A DNA stretch of 64,000 bases, taken from Sphyrna mokarran (Eukaryota). Under the pieces are notes generated by a model. The model was not told the DNA's origin. It saw only the letters and a list, made by a program, of their open reading frames with translations, and ran no database searches. The DNA is taken from positions 87,358,001-87,422,000 of the forward strand of contig JAGIQG010000012.1 in assembly GCA_024679065.1 (NCBI GenBank). Direction: 5' to 3'. Made by a program: the position numbers and the translations under genes. Positions 37,288 through 50,440 of the stretch are shown here, one piece after another (within the stretch, counting starts at the first letter, position 1; the number at the start of each line of letters is the position of its first letter).

Positions 37288-38218
37288 GTAAGGAAATGTC
37301 ATACAGCTGTTGTGTTTTACTGTATTTTTCATACTTCAGCTTTGCAAACTGTTTCCAAAATAAGCAGCACATTGTATTCCACAGGAGCACCATCCATATT
37401 ACTGTAAGAATAAATCATTGCAGTGTTACAGACAGGAGAGTGAGAATAACCTGCACTGAGTTCCCCACACCACCTGTCTGTCAGCAGAAGCACTTTAGAA
37501 TTCTTTTTGAAGAATGTGGCGGCTTCTTTTCCAAATCCTTTGGTTTGTGTGAATCAATTTACAAAGAAACTGCAGGAAACTGGAGTTATCATTAACTCCG
37601 AAAGTTACATTAAACCTGGAGGGAATGTTCACAACTTCCCATCCATCACATACACACTCCCTCGCACATACCATCATATTCCCCTTTACACACACTCCCA
37701 CACACACTGTCATCCACACACACACTTTCATACAACCTCAAACAAACCCCCACACAAACCTTCACACACACCCTCACACAAACTTCTCACACACACCCCC
37801 TCAAAGTCAGCGTCACACAGCATCTACACACACCCATGCACGTGCACCCCTTCACACACACAACAACCCACGCACACTCACTCACAACCCACTCTCACTC
37901 ACAGAAACACACACCCTCACTCCAGTGCAACGCCTCAATCCCACATGATAGGTAAAATGGCTGTAGAGAGATTGGGCTAAACAAAGGCAATTGGGATGAG
38001 ATTAGTGGTAAAACTGGGTAGTATGGACAAGTTAAGCCAAAGGGCCTGTTTCCATGCTGTAAAATTGTATGACTTACTAACACACCCTCACACATACACC
38101 CACACACACACACACATAAAAGTTGCCTTTTATGGAACTCAGTTTATTCTCTATTGTGTCATTAAATTCTCCTTATTCTTCACTTCATTTTGTCAATTTT
38201 TCAACATTTCTTCAATTT

Positions 38219-39492
38219 AACATAGAACATAGAACACTACAGCACAAACAGGCCCTTCGGCCCACAAGTTGTGCCGAACACATCAAAACCTACCCAGCCA
38301 CAGACCTATCTATAACTCCCAATCCCATTGGATCCCATATACTCATCCAGAAGTCTTTTAAAAGACCCCAGCGAGTTTGCCTCGACCACCACCAACGGCA
38401 GCCGATTCCATTCACTCACCACCCTCTGAGTGAAAAACTTTCCCCTAGCATCCCCTCTGTACTTGCTTTCCTGCACCTTAAATCTGTGCCCTCTCGTCGC
38501 GACCATTTCAGCCCTGGGAAATAGTCTCTGAGAGTCCACCCTATCTCTTCCTCTCAACATCTTGTAAACCTCTATCAGGTCGCCTCTCAACCTTCGTCTC
38601 TCCACGGAGAACAGTCCCAGCTCCCTCAACCTGTCTTCATAAGGCATGCCTCCCAATCCAGGCAACATCCTTGTAAATCTCCTCTGCACCCTTTCAATAG
38701 CTTCCACGTCCTTCCTATAGTGAGGCGACCAGAACTGCGCACAGTACTCCAAGTGTGGTCTGACAAGGGTCCTATAAAACTGCAGCATTACCTCCTGACT
38801 CCTGAACTCAATCCCTCAATGAATGAAGGCCAGTACACCATTTGCTTTCTTAACCACATCCTCCACCTGGGAGGCCGATTTGAGAGTCTTATGGACCTGG
38901 GCCCCAAGATCCCTCTGCTCTTCCACACAGCTAAGACTCCTACCTTTGATAGTGTACTCATTCATCCCGTTGGATCTGCCAAAATGGACCACAACACATT
39001 TATCCGCGTTGAAGTCCATCTGCCACTTCTCCGCCCAGTCTTGCATCCTTTCGATGTCATGCTGCAACTTCTGACATCCCTCCAGACCATCCACAACACC
39101 ACCGACCTTCGTGTCATCGGCGAACTTACTCACCCATCCCTCCACTTCCTCATCCAGATCATTTATGAAAATGACAAACAGCAAGGGTCCTAGAACAGAT
39201 CCCTGGGGCACTCCACTGGTGACCAACCTCCATGCAGAAAAAGAGCCATCCACAACCACCCTCTGCCTTCTGCAGGCAAGACAGTTCTTGATCCACAAGG
39301 CCAAAGCCCCTTGGATCCCATGGCCTCTCACCTTCTCAAGAAGTCTTGCATGTGGGACCTTGTCAAATGCCTTGCTGAAGTCCATGTACACCACATCCAC
39401 TGCTCTTCCTTCGTCAATGTGTTCAGTCACATTTTCGAAGAACTCAATTAAGCTCATAAGGCACGACCTGCCTTTTACAAAACCATGCTGAT
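38219..39492 (-). mobile_element. CR1 fragment (RT) in gene B intron
   Basis: ORFs 38816-39499 and 38306-38788 with [10 protein letters not shown] and FADD. Confidence 0.93.
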
Positions 39493-39876
39493 TTTGCAAA
39501 ATTTGTTGTCAGTGATTTCATCTTGTTGTTTAACACAGTGCAGAGGTCGGCAATCCCCCGGCTGTCCCAGTCCCTGCACATCGTCAGACTGTCTGTGTGT
39601 AAGGTAGGACTCCAGCCCGTGGGGTGATTACCCACTCTCTGTCTCAATCAGTCCCTCAAGGCAGGTGACCCTCTGCTGCTGTGTTCCCTTTAAAGGGACA
39701 GTCACGGCATGGACTTTACCGCTTGCTGAATTAAAGTGTTTTAGAAATCCGCAGATTCATAGAAATATAAATGTCTCCAGATTATAATTCCTGACCCTTT
39801 GTCATCAGGATTTAGTACTTTCCCATTTTTACAATAATTCCATGACCTAATCTTTACAGTTTACATTTTGTTACAG

Positions 39877-39918
39877 AAATTGGAAGATTCTCCAGGAGAC
39901 TTGGACTCAATGTACATG
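39877..39918 (+). CDS. Gene B cytoplasmic exon 3 (KLEDSPGDLDSMYM), first ITAM tyrosine
   Basis: ttttgttacAG acceptor and GTAAAT donor, phase 0 to 0. Confidence 0.75.
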
Positions 39919-41122
39919 GTAAATATCTCTCCCCACAATACACTGGAACATGTCTGAGGATGAACATTTACCACATGCTCAAAGTTTCCAATTTCTGCGA
40001 TCTCATTGGTCCCAAGTATTGTATTGACAAGTCTATCCACCAATCACAAGCAATGGGAATGGGCTGGGTGACTGAACAAATAGCCAATCATGTCGGACTT
40101 CCCACTGGGTTTTCATGTCATTGGCTGAGTGTCCTGGTGAATTCCTACCTCCACTTTCCAGTCTCATTCCTGTTCAATCCCACTCTCGCACCATCACTAC
40201 CCTCCCCCCCACCGAAACCACAGGGACAAATCTCATTATCTCCCCCTGGAGCAGCACAGACTCTCTGCTCTCATTCCCAATCCTCTGTCTCCATGATCAC
40301 TATCAACCTCACAAAGCTGTGGCCACTCTCTGTGTCCCACAATTCCCAGAGAGAGTGAGAACCTTCTATTAATATTCCTCCTCTCACAACCTCTAAACAC
40401 CTCAAAACCCTTTACACTGAGGGAAGAGCTTCAGACACGCAGTCATTGTAGTTTAGATAGAAAGCAGCCAATTGGAGCACAGCAAGAACACAGTGAGATC
40501 TCTGCTGCGTTTAGAATATTAAATCATAAATATGGTGTGAGGATTCACTGCCCCCCCTCCAGCCTGCTTCAGTAATCAACACAACCAAGGCCAATCTTCT
40601 CCCTCACATCCACTGTCCCAGCCATTCCTCAAACCCCTTAATTCCCAGAGAGACCCAAAACCTATGCGTCCCAGCCTTAAATTCTCTCAATGATGGAGCA
40701 CCCACACCGTCTGGGGGAGTGAGTTCCAAAGATTCACAACCCTTTGAGTGAAGGCATTGCCTCAAAGCCGTGCTGTAAGATTCAGCACATCCACCTGATA
40801 GAGGGCCTCGGTCTAATACCTCGTCCAAAAGACTGCCCTTCTGACACTGCAGCACTCCCTCGGTACTGCACAGAAAAGGCAGCCTGGGTTATAGAATCAA
40901 ATCTCCAGACTGAGTTTGAAGTCAAAATCAGCCTCAAATTCAAGCATGCTTCCACTGAGCCAACACGGAGGAATTTGGGAAACTGTCCATCCAAATAGAG
41001 TAAAATAAATTATTTTCACCTTGAAGTGAATGTTGTTAGAATGTAAAAGCATTCCAAATAAGCTTCTCATTGTGCACATGTTACTAGATCACAATCTCTA
41101 ACATGTCTCTATTTTCTGTTAG

Positions 41123-41165
41123 GTATTACAGCAAAGACCTGAGTCTATATACGGTGACCTTAAAG
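41123..41165 (+). CDS. Gene B cytoplasmic exon 4 (VLQQRPESIYGDLK), completes ITAM YMVL-x7-YGDL
   Basis: ttttctgttAG acceptor and GTATGT donor, phase 0 to 1. Splicing to the previous exon gives DxxYxxL-x7-YxxL. Confidence 0.78.
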
Positions 41166-42039
41166 GTATGTTTCTATTCTATTTCATCAAGGTTCAGGGA
41201 AGACATCTGATTTAGATTCATAGAATTCCTACAGTGCAGAGAGAGGCCATTCAGCCCATCGAGTCAGCATGACTCTCTGAAAGAACATCTCACACATGCC
41301 CTTCTCTCAGCCCTGTGCATTTACCATGGCCAATCATACACATCTAACCAATACAGCTTTGTAAGAGGCATTTTATAATGGATTATCTACCTAACTGACA
41401 CATCCTTGGATACTAATGGGCAATTTACCATGGATAATCCACATAACCTTCACATCTTTGGAATGTCCCGTTTTGTATCAATGGTAAAACTGAGGGAACA
41501 TTTCACTCAGAATGAGCCCTTAACCACAACACTGCATAGAATTGACAGAGAGCTGTGAGTCCAGTGTGGCAATGCACCATTATTAACCCCGTGGGCTCAA
41601 ACACTGAAGGCTGTGTGTGATATATAACAAATACAAGTACATACATACACCTGGACCTGAATACATACAAATAGACACACATTCACAAATGTACATAGAC
41701 ACACAAACATCCACAAACACACACATACTTACACACATACAGTCAGTAACACACGCGCACACACATTTCGCACCTTGATTCCCAATATGTGGAGTGGGAA
41801 TACTGAACAATTTCACTTCCTACCCCCTCAGTGTTAAGATCAACTGTAGCTCCGACTCCCATTCCATCTGAGATCAACTCACTCAGCTCAGGCTGGAGAT
41901 AAAATCATGGAGTTTCTAGTTATTAATAATGGAATTACACCTGGAGAACCTCATCAGAGGATCGGAAATGATCCTTTATTCTTACATTGTTTCAGGATTA
42001 ATTTTGGAAAGTGAAGTATTTTTAATTTTGTTTAAACAG

Positions 42040-42065
42040 GCAATAAACAAACTCGTGATTACTGA
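42040..42065 (+). CDS. Gene B terminal coding exon (GNKQTRDY*)
   Basis: ttttgtttaaacAG acceptor, phase 1, TGA at 42063-42065. The exon is short, so the call is less certain. Confidence 0.55.
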
Positions 42066-45000
42066 ACTACAGAAGAAGATATTTCAGATGATACCATTCT
42101 GAGAGTAGGGGAATCGGGACCATCAAGAACACGTTTAAAACAATGACCTCGTTTCATTGATTAACTCCTTATCCTCACATTCTCCCCACTTCCCCAATTC
42201 TACCCAGTATCTTTCCCCATTTCCACACTCCTCAGCAATCTACCTCCCTTCACCCCATTTCCCCATTCTCCTTTACGTTCTTCTCAGCAATCCATCCACC
42301 TTCTCTCCGATACAAAGTCCTAACTCCTGATCTTCCAGACTAACACCCAACCCAACAAACCATCCCCTCCCCTACTCCCTGACCCCACTTGTCTCCTCAT
42401 TAAATTGCTCAGTTCCTACTCTCTCCATAAACACTCCTCTGTGATCCATTCATTCTGCCTGATCCCATGGCCCTAGGTTCACAGAACCAGAGAATGGCTA
42501 CAGCACAGAATGAGGCCATTCAGCCTGGTGTCTGTGCTGACCCCCTGAAGGAGCAATTCACCAAATGTCACTCCCCTGCCTTTTCCCTGTAACCCTGTCA
42601 ACATTTGCCTTTCAGATAAGGATTCAATTTCCCTTTGAAATCCTTGATTAACCCTTCATCCACCACACTCTCTCAGGCAGTGCATTCCAGATTGTGCACA
42701 GTCGCTGGGTCAAAAGGTTTCTCCTTAAGTCACCATTGTTTCCTGTGATAATTACCTTAAATCTGTTTCCTCTGCTTCTCCATCTTTCCAGCAATGGGAA
42801 CAGTTTCTCCCGATCCACTCCGTCCAGACTCCTCCAGATTTTGAACGTCTCGAATTCAATCTCCTTTCAATGTTCTCTTTCCCAAGGAGAACAGTCCCAA
42901 TTTCTCCAATCTGTCTTCAGAATTGAAATTCCTCATCCCTGCAGCCATTCTCATGGTGATTACTGACACCAGAAGTGTGGTCAGATGGTCAATAGGATCG
43001 AGGAGGTTTGTGTGGGGCTGGAAGAAATTCCAGGTGGTGTTTATTGCAATAAACTTCAGATTTCAATCTCCCGAATGATCACTCTCATTTTTAGCTTTAG
43101 TTTATTTCTCTCAGTAGTTTTATACTCGACTATATTAGAAAATCCAGGTGAGCTGTGTAACTCAGATTTCATAGAGCTGTGTAGAATATACACACAGAAA
43201 CAGGCTACTCGGTCCATCAAACCCTACAGAATCTGTGCCCATATGGAGCAAAACTGGACAACATTCAGTCTTGACTGACAACTGTTAAATAACATTCACA
43301 CAATCACACAGGTGCCAGGCAAAGACCATCTGCAAGCAGAGAACATCTAACCATCTCCCCTTCACATTCAATGGCATCACCATCACTGAATCTCCAACGA
43401 TCAACATCATGGAGGTGACCACTCAGCAGGTACTGAACTGGACTGGCCTTATCAATACTGCGATCACCAGAACAGGTCAGAGAGTGGGAATTTTATAAAT
43501 AGTAACACAAATTCTGACTCCCCAAAGCCTATTCACTAATTACATGTCACAACTCAGCAATGTAGTGCAATACTCCCCACGCGCCTGGATTGGTGCAGCT
43601 CCAACAACACACAAGAAGCCCGACACCATCCAGGACAAAGCAGCTCCACTTGATTGGCATCACATCTACAAACATTCACTCCCTCCACCACCGACACTCA
43701 GTAGCAGCTGTGTGCATTATCTACAAAACACCCAACAGCAATTCACCAAAAATCCTACAACAGCACCTTCCAAACCCACGACCATTTCCATCTGAAAGGA
43801 CAAGGACAGCAGATACCTGGGAACACCACCATCTACAAGTTCCCCTCCAAGTCACTCACCATCCTGGCTTGGAAATATATCGCTGTTCCTTCACAATCAC
43901 TGAATCACAATCCTGGAATTCCCTTCCTAAGAGCATTGAGGGTTAACCCACAGAACATGGACTGCAGCGATTCAAGAAGGCAGCTCACCACCACCTTCTC
44001 AAGGGGCAACTAGGGATGGGCAATAAATGCTGACCAGCCAATTATACCCATCTCCTGTGAATGAATCAAAAAAAAATCCCACCACTCTTCCTTATTATTC
44101 CTTAACTTTCCCTTAACTGTATCGATGCTAATCGCATCAATGTGGAAAAGAAGCAGGTTTTAAATCATTTATATTTGTATTTGTGGGGATTTGCAATAAA
44201 TTCTCGCTTCAATTCAGCTTCATTCTGTGATTCTGTATTTGTGCTAAAAGGATTAAATCTTCAATTTTAGTTTCATTTTTAAAAGTTGCTTGCAAGTCTG
44301 TAGCACGGTTTAAATGTCTGTATTGTAATGATGGTTTTATAATGTTAAAGCTAATATAGGGTTAAATAAAGAGGCAATTGCTCAGTAACCAGGAGCCACA
44401 CACAGACAGTCAGAGCAGTTAGTTCCATTGAAAGAAAGGAACCCAGGAGTAAGCAACTCTCTCAGGAACTGCTGGAAAATGTGGGACAATGCACAGCGAC
44501 AGAAAGCTAGCCCCAAGCTAAAGAACAGAAAGTCCTCGCGTCCAGGGAATGGGACAGAATGGAGTTTCAGGAAAACTGTGAAGATAAAGGAATGAAGAAT
44601 AGAAATCTGGGAAAAGGTTGTGTTCAGTGAAGTCAAGAGCAGAGAGAGAGGCTCCAAGTTAAAGACAGGGCTGCAGGGTACAGACCTGGGGCAAGTCAGC
44701 TTGTGGAAGATTTGTAACAAGTTAGTGCAGCCTGTGAAGCAATTGTGTTCTGTTGGCACAACTGGGCAACTGAGAGAGTGGGTAGGAGGTGAAGCTGGAT
44801 GCATGTGGCAATCCTGGGCAGACGAATACCAGAAGGAGAGGTTGAAACCCTGGAGGTAGATCCTTGGAGATGTTATCAAGTAAAAGCATCATTTGGGAGA
44901 AGATTCTTCAAGAGCAGTGATTGGAAATCCTCATGTGAAAGTCAGGGAGCCAGTGAGACCAACTGGCTCACAGCAGGATTACTATTGGAGAGGCAAATGC

Positions 45001-45297
45001 AGAGCGTGTATGGGTGGGTGGGTGGAGGATGGAAGCGTGGAGGGGGTGGGTGGAATTGATGAGAAATTCACAGAAGTTGTTTTGTTGGCATCTGTCACTT
45101 AATTTCAGAGTGTGGGATGTCCAATCACAACTTTTCTCTTGGTGTATATGGACTGTGTGCTTACTGAGTATATTTGAGTTTAAGATTGGATTTAGTAACT
45201 TGTGTTATCACTAACAATCTGTACATATCTGTAAAAGTCTAGCTGGGTGAAGGAATAGTGTGTTATAGCCAATCTTTTCTTGAATAAATGTTTGTTC

Positions 45298-48070
45298 ATT
45301 TTGGCCATTTCAGAGACTTGGGTAGAGCAGGGACAAGAATGGATGTTGCAGGTTCCAGGGTTCAAATGCTTTAGTCGGAGTAGAGAAGGAGGTAGAAGGG
45401 GGGGAGGAGTGGCATTATTAGTCAAAGACTGTATCACAGTGACAGAAAAGAAGTTTGATGAGGACTTGTCTGTTGAGGTAGTATGGGCTGAGATTAGAAA
45501 CAGGAAAGGAGAGGTCACCCTGTTGGGAGTCTTTTATAGACCTCCTAAAAGTTCTAGAGAGGTAGAAGAAAGGATTGCAAAGTCAATTCTGGTCAGGAGT
45601 GAAAGTAATAGGGTAATTGTTATGGGGGACTTTAACTTTACTAATATTGATTGGAATAGCTATAGCTCTAGCTCGTTAGAGGGGTCAGTTTTCGTACAAA
45701 GTGTGCAGGAGGTTTTTTGACTCAGTATGTAGATAGGCCAACTAGAGGTGAGGCTACATTGGATTTGGTGCTGGGCAATGAGCCAGACCAGGTGTTAGGC
45801 TTGGAAGTTAGTGAACATTTTGGTGATAGTGACCACAATTCGGTACGTTCACCTTAGTGATGGATGGGATAGGCATGAAGCTGGGGGCAGTAGTTATAGC
45901 TGGGGGAAGGGTAATTATGAGGCATCAGGAGAGAATTAGGGTGCATAGATTGGACTAGGAAGCTACAGGGACTGGGAACATCTGGAATGTGGAGCTTATT
46001 CAAGGAGCAGCTGCTGCGAGTCCTTGATAAGTATGTCCCTGTCAGGCAAGGAGGAAATGGTCGAGTAAGAGAACCTTGGTGTACGAAAAAAGTTGATTTG
46101 CTGGTTAAAAGGAAAAAGGAGGCTTATGTCAGGATGAGGCTTGAAGGCTCGGTTAGTGCAATGGATAGCTATAGATTAGCCAGGAGGGAGCTAAAGAGGG
46201 AATTGAGGAGAGCAAAGAGAGGACATGAGAAGACTTTGGCTGATAGGATTAGGGAGAATCCCAAAGCTTTCTTTAGATATGTTAAGAATAGAAGATTGGT
46301 TAGGGCAAGATTAGGGCCAGTCATAGACAGCAGTGGGAAGTTGTGCGTGGAGCCTGAGGAGATTGGAGAGGTACTGAATAAATATTTCTCTTCGGTATTC
46401 ACGCAGGGTGATGTAAATGTAGTTATGGAGAACACTGAGGTACAGGGTAGCAAACTGGAAGGTATCGAAGTAGACAGGGAGGATGTGCTAGATATTCTCG
46501 AGGGTTTGAAGTTGGATAAGTCCCCTGGGCCGGACGGGATTTACCCTAGGATTCTCTGGGAGGCAAGAGGGGATTGCAGAGCCTCTGGCTCTGATCTTCA
46601 GGTCGTCGTTGGTTACGGTTGTGGTTCCGGAGGACTGGAGGATAGCGAATGTGGTCCCGTTGTTCAAGAAGGGGAAGAGAGACCTTCCAGGGAATTATAG
46701 GCCAGTGAGTCTTACTTCTGTGGTGGGCAAAGTATTGGAGAGAATAATTAGGGATAGGATTTATACTTATTTAGAGAGTAATGAATTGATTGGAAATAGT
46801 CAGCATGGTTTTGTGAAGGGTAGGTCGTGCCTTACTAACCTCAATGAGTTTTTTGAAAAAGTGACTAAGGAGGTGGATGGGGGTAAGGCGGTTGATGTGG
46901 TATATATGGACTTTAGTAAGGCGTTTGATAAGGTGGCCCATGGAAGACTTCTGCAGAAAATGCAGATGTATGGGATAGAGGGTGATTTAGCTAATTGGGT
47001 TAGGAATTGGCTAGCAGATAGAAGAGAGAGGGTGGTGGTTGATGGGAGATATTCATCGTGGAGTTCGGTGACAAGTGGTGTACCTCAGGGGTCTGTTTTG
47101 GGGCCCCTGCTGTTTGTAATTTTTATAAATGATCTGGATGAGGGTATTGAAGGATGGATTAGTAAATTTGCAGATGACACTAAAGTCGGTGGAGTGGTAG
47201 ATAGTGAAGAGGGGTGTTATAGTTTGCAGAGAGACTTGGACAAGTTGCAGAGCTGGGCCGAGAGGTGGCAAATGGAGTTTAATGTGGAAAAGTGTGAGGT
47301 AATGCACTTTGGCAGGAATAATAAATGTGTAGAGTATAGGGCTAATGGTAGGATTCTTAATAGTGTTGATGAACAGAGGGACCTTGGTGTATATGTGCAT
47401 AGATCCCTGAAAGTAGGCAGTCAAGTCGATAAGGTTGTTAAGAAGGCATATGGAGTCTTAGCTTTTATTGGTAGGGGGATTGAATTTCGGAGCCGCAAGT
47501 CATGTTGCAACTGTACAAAACTCTAGTGCGGCCGCACTTGGAGTATTGTGTACAGTTCTGGTCCCCACATTATAAGAAAGATGTGGAGGCATTGGAGAGG
47601 GTACAGAGGAGGTTTACCAGGATGTTGCCTGGTATGGAGGGCAGGTCTTATGAAGAGAGGCTGAGGGATTTGAGGTTGTTTTCGTTAGAAAGGAGGCGGC
47701 TAAGAGGGGATCTTATTGAAACATATAAGATGATTAGAGGTTTAGATAGGGTGGACAGTGATAGCCTTTTTCCTAGGATGGAGAAAGCTAGCACGAGGGG
47801 ACACAGCTTAAAATTAAGGGGTATGAGTTATAGGACGGATATCAGAGGTAGGTTCTTTACCCAAAGAGTGATTAGGGAGTGGAATGCCCTGCCTGCAGCT
47901 GTTGTAGATGCGCCAAGTTTGGTGGCGTTTAAGAGGTTAATTGATAAGTATATGGAAGAGAAGGGAATGGTTTAGTTTGGAGGGACATTGCTTTTTATAT
48001 TGGTCGGCGCAACATCGAAGGCCGAATGGCCTGTTCTGTGCTCTAATGTTCTATGTTCTATGTTCTATGT
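45298..48070 (+). mobile_element. Longest CR1 ORF2 copy in the window (APE endonuclease and RT, frameshifted), specific to the second unit
   Basis: AISETW, GGGVALLVK, YRPP, GDFN, GDSDH and FADD motifs; (TTCTATG)n tail. Empty site at about 19500-19520. Confidence 0.95.
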
Positions 48071-49261
48071 TCAGAGTTGATTGGCAGTCCTGTGACTCTG
48101 TTCAGCAGCTCCATCCATGGATCGAAATAAAAAATCCATCAAACCAGCTTCCACCCTGGCCTCTGACTTGTTCAGCAGTGACATCAGCTGCATGGGAACA
48201 CTTGAGCCACTTGCTGCGAGTTCCACATTCTGACCACTCTCTGGGGAAAGATCTTTCTTCTCAATTTCTCATTGAATTGATCAGTGACTATCTGATATCG
48301 ATGCTCTCTCTTTTCATTCTTCTCCACAAATGCAGACTCTCTCTGTCCCGCTATCAAAACCTTCCATCGTTTTAAACATCTCCATGAGATCACTCATGTC
48401 CTTTAGGGAAGGAAATCTGCTGTCCTTACCCAGTCTGGCCTACATGTGACTCCAGAGCCACAGCAATGTGGTTGAGTCTGAACAATGCCTGCTGAAATGG
48501 AGGGGAGTTAGTGATGGGTAATAAATGCTGGACCCAGCTACTGACACACACATCACGTGAATGAATTTGCAAATAATCATTTGTCTTCTGTTTGCAAGAG
48601 AAAAGAACCCAGCCTAATTATCTTTTCCTGATTGGAATAATTTCCAGTCTTGGTTGATCTTTGTAAATCCTCTTTGTACTTTCTTCAAAGTCTCTCCATC
48701 TTCTTTCTAAAATATTGACCAGAAATGTAAACTGTGGTCTAAATGGTGAGGAAGTGAGGATTGATAACAGCTCAATGAAACGTCATGACTTTTCAATCCT
48801 ATCCCTCAAGACATAAAAACTCAGCCTTTGTTTTGTTTTTGTGATGATCTTATTGGTCTGTGCTATTCCTGTCAGTGATCTGTGTGTTTATTCTCCCAGA
48901 TCCTCCCATATCTATTTGCATTTGACATTTCCAAACAATGTGAGCTCCTTATTTTCCATTCCAAAATGGAATATCGATGTCAAAGTGAATTTTCCAATAA
49001 TTATTCTGTGATGTCAATGTATTCATGACCTCCTGTAAACCATTCCACACAACATTGACTCTCACCATCACCAACCTGCCATCATGCTCGGGTTTAGGGA
49101 TTGAAGAATTGAAGAATGTCTCTGTGAAATTGTAAACCACATCTCCATCTGAGACAGAGAAGTTCTGAATAGTATATTGTATAATCATCAGCAAAGTGAT
49201 GGGAGAGGTCATCAACAGTGTAATCAAGAGGCACCTGCCTCACGGACGCTCAGTTTGGGTT

Positions 49262-50440
49262 CATAGAACATAGAATATAGAACATTATAGCACAAACAGG
49301 CCTTTCGGCCCACAAGTTATGCCGATCATATCCATACCTACCATCTTATCTATAACTCTCAATCCTATTAAATCCCATTTACACATCTAGAAGTCTCTTA
49401 AAGGACCCTATCGAATTTGCTCCCACCATCACCGACGGCAACCGATTCCACTCACCCACCAACCTCTGAGTGAAAAACTTACCCCTGACATCTCCTCTGT
49501 ACCTACTCTCCAGCACCTTAAACTAGTATCCTCTCTAGTGACCATTTCAGCCCGGGGAACTAGCCTCCGAGAATCCACCCTATCTATTCCTCTCAACATT
49601 TTATAAACCTCTATCAGGTCACCTGTCAACCTTCATCTCTCCAGGGAGAAGAGTCCCAGCTCCCTCAACCTACCCACATAAGGCATGCTCCCCAATCCAG
49701 GAAACATCCTTGTAAATCTCCTCTGCACCCTCTCAATAGCTTCCACATCCTTCCTATAGTGAGGCGACCAGAACTGCACACAGTACTCCAAGTGGGATCT
49801 GACAAGGGTCTTATAAAGTTGCAGCATTACCTCCCGACTCCTAAACTCAATCCCTCGATTAATGAAGGCCAGTACACCATATGCTTTCTTGACCACATCC
49901 TCCACTTGCGAGGCCAATTTAAGAGACCTATGGATCCGGACCCCAAGATCCTTCTGCTCCTCAACACTGCCAAGACTCCTCCGCTTGATATTGTAGTCCT
50001 GCCAAAATGGACCACCACACATATATCCATGTTGAAATCCATCTGCCATTTCTCCACCCAGTCTTGCATCCTATTTATGTTTCGCTGCAACTTCAGACAT
50101 CCCTCTAGACTATCCACAACATCACCAATCTTCATATCGTTGGCGAACTTACTAACCCATCCCTCCACTTCCTCATCCAGATCATTTATGAAAATGACAA
50201 ACCGCAAGAATCCTAGAACAGATCCCTGGGGCACTCCACTGGTGACCGACCTCCATGCAGAAAAAGACCCATCCACAACCACCCTCTGCCTTCTGCAGGC
50301 AAGCCAGTTCTGGATCCACGAGGCCAAAGCCCCTTGGATCACATGCCCTCTCACCTTCTCAAGAACTCTTGTATGTGGGATCTTATCAAACGCCTTCTGA
50401 AGCCTATGTAAACTAAATCCATCACTCTTCCTTCATCAAT
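49262..50440 (-). mobile_element. Degenerate CR1 fragment
   Basis: ORFs 49827-50354, 49633-50049 and 49429-49629. Confidence 0.9.

Noticed and set aside
45298-48070. Active autonomous CR1
   Set aside because: It is 5'-truncated (no ORF1) and has several frameshifts in ORF2; some of these could be sequencing indels.
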